A DNA stretch of 64,000 bases from an uncultured Christensenella sp. Lineage in GTDB: Bacteria > Bacillota > Clostridia > Christensenellales > Borkfalkiaceae. The stretch lies in assembly GCA_950064505.1 (NCBI GenBank), contig CATMBT010000003.1, positions 51,538-115,537 on the forward strand, given 5' to 3'. Below the pieces are notes generated by a model. It was not told where the DNA came from. It was given only the letters and a program-made list of their open reading frames with translations, and did not search any database. This document shows, piece by piece, positions 49,308-58,276 of this stretch; positions within the stretch are counted from its first letter, which is position 1, and every line of letters begins with the position of its first letter. Both the position numbers and the translations under genes were made by a program.

Positions 49308-49337
49308 ATTATATGGGTTTTTTACCGACCTTGTTAA
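49308..49337 (-). promoter_or_regulatory. promoter candidate at the ftsW stop, upstream of the murA leader
   Basis: On the minus strand: TTAACA (49332-49337, overlapping the ftsW TAA), an 18-nt spacer, then TATAAT (49308-49313). Confidence 0.4.
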
Positions 49338-50455
49338 TTTGTACGGGACATCGAATAGAGCACGCCCATAGACGTCATCGTTATTATCAGCGAGGTGTTG
49401 CCGCTGCTTATGAGCGGAAGAGGCAATCCCGTAGGCGGTATCGTTCCGCTGACGACAAGCGCGTTGATTATTACCTGTATTCCGTACACGAGCGAAATGC
49501 CCGAAGCAAGAAGATAACCGAACCTGTCCTTACAGCGCGAAGCGATTGCAAAGCCGCGGTATACGATAAAGCCGCTGACGATAAAGAACACGGCAAGCCC
49601 GAAAAACCCCAGCTCCTCGCCCATAACCGACATTATGAAATCGCTTTCGGCAAAGGGAAGAAACCTGTATTTCTGCGTAGAGTTAAACAGCCCCACTCCG
49701 AACAATCCGCCGTTGCCGAGAGCGTACAGCGACTGTATCAGCTGATAACCGTCCCCCTTAGGCGAAGCCCACGGGTCTATAAACGCGCTCAGACGTTGCA
49801 GTCTGTACGGTTCGAGCAAAATGAGAACGGGCACCGCGACAACGAACGGTATTAAAACTATGGCAAACGTCTTTAAATTCGTGCCGCTGAGAAAAATCAT
49901 AGCCAGCATCAGAAGCCCCACGCACATCGTAATGGACATATTGGGCTCGACTATAATCAGCAGACAGAAGAGTACGCCCACTATAAGGACGGGAAGCACG
50001 CCGCCAAAGGTCTTTACCTTTTCGTAATTCTTTGAGAAATGCGCGGCGGCGAACAGCACGAAGGCATACTTGGCAATCTCGGACGGTTGAAGCGTGAACG
50101 ATCCGAACCCCACCCAACGCGTAGCGCCGTAATTTGTCACCCCCACCCCCGGAACGAAGACGAGCGCAAGCAGAATGACGGCAACGACAACGGCGGGGAT
50201 TTTACATTTAATCAGCTTCCGATACGGAAGAAACTGCACGCCGACGAACGCCGCCGCACCGACGGCTACGCCTATGAGCTGTTTTTTTACGAAGAACAGA
50301 CTGTCGCCGTACTGCACCTCGCCCACGTAGGAGCTTGCCGAATAAATCATAAGACAGCCGAATATTACCATAGCAAAAATACAAATTAAAAGCGGGATAT
50401 CTCCCGCTTTTTTGTCTTTGCCAATACGATTAATTTTTATTGCGCCCGTCTTCAT
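49334..50455 (-). CDS. ftsW: SEDS-family peptidoglycan glycosyltransferase FtsW/SpoVE
   Basis: 373 aa, about 10 TM helices. SEDS motifs (IYSASSY, RWVGFGSFTLQPSE, PLPLISSGNTS). Positioned after murD. Confidence 0.9.
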   Translation of the reverse strand: MKTGAIKINRIGKDKKAGDIPLLICIFAMVIFGCLMIYSASSYVGEVQYGDSLFFVKKQLIGVAVGAAAFVGVQFLPYRKLIKCKIPAVVVAVILLALVFVPGVGVTNYGATRWVGFGSFTLQPSEIAKYAFVLFAAAHFSKNYEKVKTFGGVLPVLIVGVLFCLLIIVEPNMSITMCVGLLMLAMIFLSGTNLKTFAIVLIPFVVAVPVLILLEPYRLQRLSAFIDPWASPKGDGYQLIQSLYALGNGGLFGVGLFNSTQKYRFLPFAESDFIMSVMGEELGFFGLAVFFIVSGFIVYRGFAIASRCKDRFGYLLASGISLVYGIQVIINALVVSGTIPPTGLPLPLISSGNTSLIITMTSMGVLYSMSRTN

Positions 50456-51819
50456 TGCGCCGCCCCGCCGAATTTTTTCTTCAACTCTTCAACCGCGCTT
50501 ATAAAGGCGTCGCCGCGCTCTTCATAGCTGGAAAACTCGTCGAAGCTTGCGCTTGCAGGACTTAAAAGCACGCTCTGTCCCGTTTTTGCAATATAGGAAG
50601 CAAGGTGTACGGCGGTAGCAAAATCGGCGCACGCCGAATAACTTGTAAAGCCGCATTTCGAAGCGTTGTCAATCAGCTTGAAGCGGTTTTCGCCGTACAG
50701 CACGGCGTGCACCACCCGGCTGTTTGCAAGCCCCTCGAACAGCGGCGCGTAGTCATACCCCTTATCCTTACCGCCGAGAAGCAGAACCGTGGGACGGGCA
50801 ACGCTCTCTACCGCCTTTAAAGTCGCGTCTACGTTAGTGCCCTTGCTGTCGTTTATGTACGTAACGCCGTTAACCTCGCCGACAAGCTGTATTCTGTGCT
50901 TGACCCCCCTGAACTTACATATAGCGTTTGCCGCCGTTTCCCTGTTAAGTCCGAGCAGAGCCGAAACCGCCACGCAAGCCAAAGCGTTATAAATGTTGTG
51001 CAATCCGCCGAGGGTCATATTTTCCACGCCGAAATATCTTTCACCACGGTAATAGACCGTTCCGCCGTCGACGTAAGCGCCCTCCACCTGTTGCAGAGCC
51101 GAAAACCAAACAACCTTGCCGCGCGTAACCTTCGCAAGCTGACGTACCCTTTCGTCGTCGTAATTGAGCACGGCGTACTCGCTCTCGCGCAGGTTGCGTA
51201 TGAGCTTGCTTTTCAGAAAAACGTAGTTTTCCATATTGTAGTGACGGTTTAAGTGATCCTCGGTAATGTTGGTTATTACGGCTACGTGCGGGCGCAGGCT
51301 GAAAAGCGTTTCCAACTGAAAGGACGAAATTTCAAGAAGCGCAAAGCTGTCGAACCCCAAATCCTCGACAACGTTTACCAGAGGATTGCCGTAATTGCCG
51401 CACGGCACGGATTTTTTACCGCAAGCCTCCATAACGCTCTGCATCATAGAAACGGTAGTCGTTTTGCCGTTAGTGCCCGTAACCGCCACCGCGGCGGCGC
51501 GCAGATATGTAGCCGCCAGCTCTTCTTCGCCTATAATGGCTTTGCCAAGCTTACGGAACGCCACGGGCAACGCGTTGTCTATGGGTATTCCCGGGCTGAG
51601 CACAAGCACGTCGCAAGCCGAAACCGCATCGTTGAGATTTTCGGGAGTGACGGCTATCGCGCCCTTTGCCTGCAACGACTTGACGAGTTCCGAAATCTTA
51701 TCGGTGACCACATCGTCGTAAATATATACGCTTGCTCCTCTGCGCAGAAGAAAATTCGCGCACCCCTCGCCCGAGCGTGACAGACCTGCAACTAAAAACT
51801 TTTGATTACCGTAATACAT
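50452..51819 (-). CDS. murD: UDP-N-acetylmuramoylalanine--D-glutamate ligase
   Basis: 455 aa. Mur ligase ATP motif GTNGKTTT, an N-terminal Rossmann-like GLSRSG, and a position between mraY and ftsW. Confidence 0.93.
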   Translation of the reverse strand: MYYGNQKFLVAGLSRSGEGCANFLLRRGASVYIYDDVVTDKISELVKSLQAKGAIAVTPENLNDAVSACDVLVLSPGIPIDNALPVAFRKLGKAIIGEEELAATYLRAAAVAVTGTNGKTTTVSMMQSVMEACGKKSVPCGNYGNPLVNVVEDLGFDSFALLEISSFQLETLFSLRPHVAVITNITEDHLNRHYNMENYVFLKSKLIRNLRESEYAVLNYDDERVRQLAKVTRGKVVWFSALQQVEGAYVDGGTVYYRGERYFGVENMTLGGLHNIYNALACVAVSALLGLNRETAANAICKFRGVKHRIQLVGEVNGVTYINDSKGTNVDATLKAVESVARPTVLLLGGKDKGYDYAPLFEGLANSRVVHAVLYGENRFKLIDNASKCGFTSYSACADFATAVHLASYIAKTGQSVLLSPASASFDEFSSYEERGDAFISAVEELKKKFGGAAQ

Positions 51820-51825
51820 TTTACC

Positions 51826-52770
51826 TCACATAAAAATAATACAAATTATTCCGATTATGGCGGTTATAAGAGCGTACGCATAAGAAATTTTACATTCCGT
51901 ATGCCCCTTCATCTGAAAATGATGATGAAGCGGCGCCATTAAAAACACTCTTCGCCCCGTCCGCTTATAATATATTACCTGTACTATTACGGATATTCCC
52001 GAAAACACAAAGGTTATTCCGATAATCGGCAGATATAGCGTATTGCCCGTAAACACGGTGACGCACGCTATAAGCCCGCCTAGCGCGAGCGAACCCGTGT
52101 CGCCCATAAAGATAGCCGCCCTGTTTACGTTGAACAGCAAAAACGCGGCGAGCGCTCCCACTCCTATAAAGCAGATTTTTGCCATAGGATTGCCGCCCGA
52201 AGCTAAAATTATGCCGACGGACAGCAGATACGCAACCGACGTTCCGCCCGCAAGCCCGTCCAGACCGTCGGTGAGATTTACGCAATTAACGCTTGCCAGA
52301 AAGACAAAAAGGACAAGAGGAATAATCCCCCAATAGATATCGAAGCTGAGCCCGCCGCCAAAGGGCACGTTTATGCGGGTTATTTGGTTTAAGTAGCAGT
52401 AAACCGCCGCGACAACGGCTATTGCAAGCTGAAAAATTATTTTCTGATACGGCTTCAAGCCCTCGTTTTCCTTTCGGTAAATCTTTAAAAAATCGTCGAG
52501 GAAACCGACAATCATAAATCCCGCCACAGTAATCAGCGTTAAATTTACCGTCTTATCGGAAAAACCGTAAAAGACAATCGACACAACTATTACGGACGTA
52601 ATAAAAGCCAGCCCGCCCATAGTGGGCGTGCCGCTTTTACCCTTATGCTCTTTTACGTAACCGAGAATGTACTGCCCCGCTTTGAGCCGCCGCAGGAGCG
52701 GCATTAAACACGCCGTAAGCAACAGCGACGCAAAAAACGCGGCAAGAAGCGCAATCAAATATTCTTTCAT
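51826..52770 (-). CDS. mraY: phospho-N-acetylmuramoyl-pentapeptide transferase
   Basis: 314 aa polytopic membrane protein. Motifs KxGTPTMGG, NLTDGLDGLA and APLHHHF. Confidence 0.96.
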   Translation of the reverse strand: MKEYLIALLAAFFASLLLTACLMPLLRRLKAGQYILGYVKEHKGKSGTPTMGGLAFITSVIVVSIVFYGFSDKTVNLTLITVAGFMIVGFLDDFLKIYRKENEGLKPYQKIIFQLAIAVVAAVYCYLNQITRINVPFGGGLSFDIYWGIIPLVLFVFLASVNCVNLTDGLDGLAGGTSVAYLLSVGIILASGGNPMAKICFIGVGALAAFLLFNVNRAAIFMGDTGSLALGGLIACVTVFTGNTLYLPIIGITFVFSGISVIVQVIYYKRTGRRVFLMAPLHHHFQMKGHTECKISYAYALITAIIGIICIIFM

Positions 52771-52776
52771 AATTTA

Positions 52777-54210
52777 TCAACTTATAAGTTTTTTTATTAC
52801 CGTATTGTCGTTAAAACTGTGTTTTATACCCATAATTTCCTGATAATTTTCTCCGCCCTTGCCCGCAACCAGCAACACGTCGTCCTGCCCTATTAGGTTG
52901 AGCGCGTACTCTATGGCAATTTCCCTGTCGGTTACGGCAACGTATTTTTTGCCTTTCGACTTAACCCCCGCCTCTATCTGCGATATTATTTCATACGGGT
53001 CTTCGTATCGTGGATTGTCCGAGGTGATTATTACAAAGTCGGCGTACTTCGCGGCGACCTCGCCCATAATGGGTCTTTTTGTCTTATCCCTGTTGCCTCC
53101 GCAACCGAAAAGGCAGTACAGATTTCCCGCGCACAGCTTTTTCAATGACGAAAGCGATTTTTCAAGCCCGTCGGGAGTGTGCGCAAAATCGACGAACACC
53201 TCGCCGCCGTTATAACGGGCAACGCGCTCCAACCTGCCCGAAACCCTGTCCAAGCCTGCCAACCCCTCGGCTATAACCTCCGTTTTAACGCCGAGCAATT
53301 GCGCGCACGAAGCCGCCGCCAAAGCGTTGTAGACGTTGTGCAATGCGAGCAATTTCAGATTGATTTCATAAATTTCGTCGTTGAGATTTATGACGAACGT
53401 ACTGCCGTCTATCCGTTCCTCAACGTCTATGGCGAAAGTGTCCGCGGGATTTTCCAGCCCGTAGCTCACACAGTCGGGCAACGCTTCAATGAGCTGTGCG
53501 CCGAGAGGGTCGTCGGAATTTACGACGGCATGCGTGCACCTGCCACGCTCGAAAAGTTTGCACTTACATTCCGCATAGCTCTGCATATCTTTAAAAAAAT
53601 CGAGATGATCCTGCGTACAGTTGGTGAATATGCCCGCCTCGAAGTGCAGACCGTGAAGCTTATCGAAGTAAAGCGCGTGCGCGGAGGCTTCAATAAAGAC
53701 GTACTCCACACCGCACTTTACCATATCGGCAAAAACGCTGTGAAGAAACAGCGGATCGGGAGTCGTGAGCTCGGGTGTAATAAATATATCGCCGTAAGCT
53801 ATGCCCAATGTGCCGATTATGCCCGTTTTACAATTATTTTTGTCGAAAATGCTTTTCAGCATATACGTAGTGGTCGTCTTTCCGTTAGTGCCCGTCACGG
53901 CTATGAGCTTTAATTTCTTATCGGCATAGCCGTAAAACGTACGGGCAAGCACCGCCATTGCCGCGCGTCCATCGGCAACCACCGCGCACGGAAGCTGAGT
54001 TTTTATCTCCTTTTCGCACACAATCGCCGCCGCGCCGTTCGCCACAGCCTTGTCTATAAAGTCGTGCCCGTCGAAATTCATACCCGCATAGCAGATAAAG
54101 ACGTCCCCGCGAACAACGGCGTCAGCGTCGGAGCACAGTCCGCTCACCTCCGTTTCTCCGCCCGTTACGCTTTCGCACTGTAAGTCGCTCAATAAATTAC
54201 CGAATTTCAT
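52777..54210 (-). CDS. murE: UDP-N-acetylmuramoyl-L-alanyl-D-glutamate--2,6-diaminopimelate ligase
   Basis: 477 aa. GTNGKTTT motif and the DNPR motif (TSDNPRYEDP) associated with meso-DAP specificity. Confidence 0.92.
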   Translation of the reverse strand: MKFGNLLSDLQCESVTGGETEVSGLCSDADAVVRGDVFICYAGMNFDGHDFIDKAVANGAAAIVCEKEIKTQLPCAVVADGRAAMAVLARTFYGYADKKLKLIAVTGTNGKTTTTYMLKSIFDKNNCKTGIIGTLGIAYGDIFITPELTTPDPLFLHSVFADMVKCGVEYVFIEASAHALYFDKLHGLHFEAGIFTNCTQDHLDFFKDMQSYAECKCKLFERGRCTHAVVNSDDPLGAQLIEALPDCVSYGLENPADTFAIDVEERIDGSTFVINLNDEIYEINLKLLALHNVYNALAAASCAQLLGVKTEVIAEGLAGLDRVSGRLERVARYNGGEVFVDFAHTPDGLEKSLSSLKKLCAGNLYCLFGCGGNRDKTKRPIMGEVAAKYADFVIITSDNPRYEDPYEIISQIEAGVKSKGKKYVAVTDREIAIEYALNLIGQDDVLLVAGKGGENYQEIMGIKHSFNDNTVIKKLIS

Positions 54211-54230
54211 TTTATCCTCGCAATAGCCTC

Positions 54231-55925
54231 TTACTCAAAGGGCTGAATATTTTTAATTTTTATTATGTCCTCGAAAATCTCCTTCGCAACGGGCGCGGCA
54301 ACCGCGCTGCCGTAGTATGTGCCCGTCGGCTCGTCAACGATTATCAACGCAAGATAGCGCGGACTGTCGCTGGGGAAGAAGCCGACGAACGATGAAACGT
54401 ACTTGCCCGCGGCGATATGTCCGTCCTCGTATTTCTGAGCCGTACCCGTCTTGCCGCCCACCTTATAGCCCTCAATATAGGCTTTTTTGCCGCTACCCTC
54501 TTTGACTACGCCTTCCAACATAGCGGCGAGCTGACGGGAAGCCTGTTCGCTTATGGGTTTCTGCTTTAATACGGGCGAGTACTCTTCCACCGTTTTGCCG
54601 TCGGAAGACACGATACTTTTCAGCAGGTGAGGAGCATAGTAGTTGCCGCCGTTCACCGCCGCTGCCGCCGCGCACGCAAGCTGTAAGCCGCTGACGGCAA
54701 TCGTCTGCCCGAAGCCTATTCTCGCCAAATCGCAGTCCCTAACGAGAGCCTGCGGCACAAGCATTCCCAAAGCCTCGCCGTTAAAGTCAATGCCCGTGAC
54801 GTTGCCCAAGCCGAAAGCCGTAAGATATTCGTAAAACTTATCCTTGCCGAGAGCCAGCGCTATATCCGTAAAACAGGGGTTACAGCTGTTGTTGAGCGCC
54901 TCCGCAAGCGTCTGATTGGAATGTTTGCCGTTGGAATGGTCAGACCAGCACTTGATTTTCGTGCCGTCGACGGTACGGGTTCGGCTGCCGTTAAAGACGT
55001 AAGAGGGCGAAAATGCGCTCTTGTTGCCGCGGTAATACTCCTCTAAATCGGCGGCGGCGGTCAGAATTTTAAAAGTCGACCCCGGCTCGTATATGTCGCT
55101 CACCAGACTGTTGCGCGAAAGCGCGTTGAGAGTCTGAGCGTCGTCGCGCGGAACGTCGTTTAAATCGTACGACGGATAATTGACCATAGCCAGAACGTCG
55201 AAATTGTTGGGGTCAAGCACTATACACGAAACCTTTTTCGCACCCGCAGACTGATAGACGGAACGCATAGCCTGCTCTGCGGCGAGCTGAATATCCATAT
55301 CGATAGTCAGTCTTACGCCGTCGCCCGCCACCGCCTCACGGTATACAATCTTCGAATTTTCCGTTTCAACCCCGACAATATCCGTACTGTAAGCTATCTC
55401 GCCGTTGACTCCGCACAGAATATCTTCATAATACTTTTCTATGCCCGATAACCCCGTGCCGTCGTTCGCGGTAAACCCCAGCACCTGACAGAGGGCGTCG
55501 TTATACGTATACGTTCGCGTATTGTCTCGCGAGTAATACACACCCGCAAGCCCGTAAGCCGTAAGCTTTTCTATATTTTCCTTTTCGACCTGCCGCGCGA
55601 CGGTTATTTCAGACACCTTACCTGCCTGCAACTTTTCAAGCAATGCGTTGGGCTCTACGCCGAGCGTTCCGCTCAAAACCGTTGCGGCATACTGCGCGTT
55701 CGCAACCGCGTTCGGGCGGACGAAAACGCTGTACGTCGTTCTGTTGCCCGCAATCAGCTGTCCGTTTCTGTCGGTGATTTGCCCGCGTGAAGCGACTACG
55801 GGTATTTCCCTGTTCCATTGGTCGGTTGCGCGGTAGACCAGCTCGCTGCCCCAAACCGCCTGTATATAGAAGAACCGAGCGAAAATTATGCAAAAAATAA
55901 AGGCTATTGCCAATATTGCTGACAA
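54231..55925 (-). CDS. class B penicillin-binding protein (FtsI/SpoVD/PBP2B type)
   Basis: 564 aa. TM anchor, then a PBP dimer domain. Transpeptidase motifs STFK and KTGT. The track start is a TTG codon, and no ATG or GTG lies upstream in frame. Confidence 0.9.
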   Translation of the reverse strand: MSAILAIAFIFCIIFARFFYIQAVWGSELVYRATDQWNREIPVVASRGQITDRNGQLIAGNRTTYSVFVRPNAVANAQYAATVLSGTLGVEPNALLEKLQAGKVSEITVARQVEKENIEKLTAYGLAGVYYSRDNTRTYTYNDALCQVLGFTANDGTGLSGIEKYYEDILCGVNGEIAYSTDIVGVETENSKIVYREAVAGDGVRLTIDMDIQLAAEQAMRSVYQSAGAKKVSCIVLDPNNFDVLAMVNYPSYDLNDVPRDDAQTLNALSRNSLVSDIYEPGSTFKILTAAADLEEYYRGNKSAFSPSYVFNGSRTRTVDGTKIKCWSDHSNGKHSNQTLAEALNNSCNPCFTDIALALGKDKFYEYLTAFGLGNVTGIDFNGEALGMLVPQALVRDCDLARIGFGQTIAVSGLQLACAAAAAVNGGNYYAPHLLKSIVSSDGKTVEEYSPVLKQKPISEQASRQLAAMLEGVVKEGSGKKAYIEGYKVGGKTGTAQKYEDGHIAAGKYVSSFVGFFPSDSPRYLALIIVDEPTGTYYGSAVAAPVAKEIFEDIIKIKNIQPFE

Positions 55926-56033
55926 TAACCTCTTTTGTAAAACAGTTACGGAAAAACCTTGATTTTTTATAGTACTATTCTCCGAATAAGTTTTATTATT
56001 ATTTAATTTTCTATCAATTTATTAAATTTTCAA

Positions 56034-56729
56034 TCAATGACCCACCGTATTACGGATAACCTCTTCAACCGTGGAGTTAACGCCTGCAAGCGCGCCCCTT
56101 ACCGTCGTTATGCTGTCCTGAACGTGAGCTATTTCGGTATTGAGGTTAGCTATAATGGAAGCGTTTACGACAACGAGCACGAGCAGAGCTACAACGACTG
56201 CCACGAACACCGCGACGATTATCTTCTCCCTCTTGCCGAACACGCGCCCCTTGGAATCGGAGGCAAAGCTGACCTTTTGCTGCTCGTTCTCCGCGCCGAC
56301 AGTCTGATACTGAATTGTCGTAGGCGTAGGACGGAGATCCTCGCTTTCCTCTTCGACGGGAGCTACGTCAACGTCAGGCTGAGCAACGCTCAACTCCGCA
56401 CCCTTGTTGTTTACCAAGCTGTCCGCACGGAAGATAACGGAATCTGCCCTTGCGTTTTCAACTCTGTATATACTGCTGCTGACGGACTCGTACTGCGCGG
56501 GCGTTTGCATTGCGGGCGCTACGGTTAACTGCTCGTAAGCGACGGGCGCTTCCTGACGGCCGAATACGTCCTCTATTTTATTTTCGGGGTTGATTAACCT
56601 TCTGTATCTGTCTTTAATGCGAGCGTTGTGCTCCTCTTCCGCTAAAATATCTAAGCGCGAAGGTACGGAGCAAACTCTCGCCCTGTTCTCTACTGTAATT
56701 CTCTCTAACTCGGGGGTATCGACTGCCAT
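56034..56729 (-). CDS. FtsL-like division protein with a long N-terminal cytoplasmic extension
   Basis: 231 aa. It occupies the rsmH-to-PBP position of ftsL. The C-terminal ~60 aa form a TM helix (IIVAVFVAVVVALLVLVVV) plus a short coiled segment, as in FtsL. AAGGAG RBS. I recognise no family for the N-terminal ~165 aa. Confidence 0.5.
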   Translation of the reverse strand: MAVDTPELERITVENRARVCSVPSRLDILAEEEHNARIKDRYRRLINPENKIEDVFGRQEAPVAYEQLTVAPAMQTPAQYESVSSSIYRVENARADSVIFRADSLVNNKGAELSVAQPDVDVAPVEEESEDLRPTPTTIQYQTVGAENEQQKVSFASDSKGRVFGKREKIIVAVFVAVVVALLVLVVVNASIIANLNTEIAHVQDSITTVRGALAGVNSTVEEVIRNTVGH

Positions 56730-56750
56730 TTCCTTTCTCCTTATCGAATA

Positions 56751-57695
56751 TCACGTTGGTATTTTTTCGGCTATTCTGAGTTTGGCGCATTTTGAACGGG
56801 AATTTATCGCCATTTCTCTCAACGAAGCCACTGTTGGTTTTTTCGTTATAATTTCTATTTCCTTTTTCTTTCCGCAGACGCATACTGGCAAGCTCTTGTC
56901 GCATACGCAATCTGTTTCCAAATCCTTAAACGCCCTTTTGACTATTCTGTCCTCAAGCGAATGGAACGTAATTACCGCTATCCTTCCTCCGACTTTCAAC
57001 CTGCGCGTCAAGCCGACCACGCATTCGTAAAGTCCGTCAAGTTCGCCGTTTACCGCAATTCTGATTGCCTGAAAGCTCTTTCTTGCGGCAGGTCCGTTTT
57101 GCTGAAATTTTTTCGGTATACTGCTCTCTATTATCTCTACGAACTGTCCGCACGTCGTCAACCGACGCTTTTCTCTCGCCTTAATTATATTTGAAGCGAT
57201 TGAACTTGCAAACCGCTCTTCGCCGTATTCCTTTAAAATAAAGGTAAGCTCTTTGAAGTCGTATTCGTTTAATATCTTTTCCGCCGTCAGGGGCGAAGTC
57301 GCGTCCATTCTCATATCGAGCGGCGCGCTCGGTTTCATATAGGAAAAACCGCGTTCCTCGCAATCCAATTGATAACTCGACACGCCGAGGTCTATCAGAA
57401 CTCCGTCGACTTTATCAATACCCGCCTCTTCGAATACGTTTGCATAATCCTTATAATTGGATTTGAAGATGCGAAATCTGCCGTCGAACTCCTTTAACCT
57501 TTCCGTCGCCGCCGCTATCGCCTCGTCGTCAAGGTCGGTAGCAATCAGTCTGCCCGTCGGCGCGCTCCGTTTAAGAATTTCGTACGAATGACCGCCGCCG
57601 CCCTCCGTAGCGTCGTAGTAAACGCCGCCTTCCTTGACGTTGAGCCCTTGCATACATTCTTCCAACATTACGGGTATGTGAGAGAATGCCGTCAT
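56751..57695 (-). CDS. rsmH: 16S rRNA (cytosine1402-N4)-methyltransferase
   Basis: 314 aa. HIPVMLEE N-terminus, the DATEGGGGHS SAM motif, and DLGVSS. Confidence 0.96.
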   Translation of the reverse strand: MTAFSHIPVMLEECMQGLNVKEGGVYYDATEGGGGHSYEILKRSAPTGRLIATDLDDEAIAAATERLKEFDGRFRIFKSNYKDYANVFEEAGIDKVDGVLIDLGVSSYQLDCEERGFSYMKPSAPLDMRMDATSPLTAEKILNEYDFKELTFILKEYGEERFASSIASNIIKAREKRRLTTCGQFVEIIESSIPKKFQQNGPAARKSFQAIRIAVNGELDGLYECVVGLTRRLKVGGRIAVITFHSLEDRIVKRAFKDLETDCVCDKSLPVCVCGKKKEIEIITKKPTVASLREMAINSRSKCAKLRIAEKIPT

Positions 57696-58177
57696 TCTTC
57701 GTCTCCGCAGAGCATTTCGAGCATATCGTCGTAGGACAACTCCTCGTCGCCTTCGTCCTCTGCTTCGTCGTTTTCGTCCTCGCCGCAGTGGAAGTATTTG
57801 TCGTGAACCTTCTTCGACCAGATTTCAACCCTGTTGATCGCACCGCAGATATACAGTTCTCTGTCATCCCTGTCCATAAGCAGGTGCTTGCGCATTTCGG
57901 GGGAAAGAATTATTCTTCCCTGCGAATCCTCTTTAACTTCCTCGAACCCTCTTGCAAAATTTCTTACACTGCGCTGTTTCTTTCTGTCGTAAATGCTTAT
58001 CTTAGCTAATCTCGCCAACTCCTTATCCGCCTGCTCCTTTGATAATACGAATACGCAGTTATCCGAGCCGCGCGCAAACATAAATCCGTCGCCAAGTCCT
58101 TTTCTCAGCTTGGACGGTATTCTGAACCTATATTTCGCGTCGAGTTGGTGATTGAACTCACCGAGCAGATTAGCCAT
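57692..58177 (-). CDS. mraZ: transcriptional regulator MraZ (with an acidic C-terminal tail)
   Basis: 161 aa. Duplicated SpoVT/AbrB-like halves (DAKYRFRIPSKLR and DSQGRIILSPEMR). It is the first gene of the dcw cluster. The last ~25 aa are D/E-rich. Confidence 0.92.
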   Translation of the reverse strand: MANLLGEFNHQLDAKYRFRIPSKLRKGLGDGFMFARGSDNCVFVLSKEQADKELARLAKISIYDRKKQRSVRNFARGFEEVKEDSQGRIILSPEMRKHLLMDRDDRELYICGAINRVEIWSKKVHDKYFHCGEDENDEAEDEGDEELSYDDMLEMLCGDEE

Positions 58178-58207
58178 AATTTTTAACCTTTTGCAATTGG
58201 TGTAATT

Positions 58208-58242
58208 ATCATATCATACTCAATTGTCCACTGTCAACCACC
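58208..58242 (-). promoter_or_regulatory. Pmra-type promoter with flanking GTGG direct repeats (candidate MraZ boxes)
   Basis: On the minus strand: GGTGG-TTGACA-GTGG, an 18-nt spacer, then TATGAT. The two GTGG motifs are 10 nt apart (58228-58231 and 58238-58241) and bracket the -35. Confidence 0.5.
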
Positions 58243-58276
58243 AAACGCAAAAAATTTAAAATTTTTTTGGGAATTT

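Noticed and set aside
53179-53913. 244-aa ORF on the plus strand, and similar long antisense ORFs (22702-23334, 16919-17509, 18678-19241, 5975-6580, 60404-60931)
   Set aside because: All lie fully inside, and antisense to, well-supported conserved genes (murE, argJ, carB, carA, mutS, potA). None has a start context or recognisable motifs.
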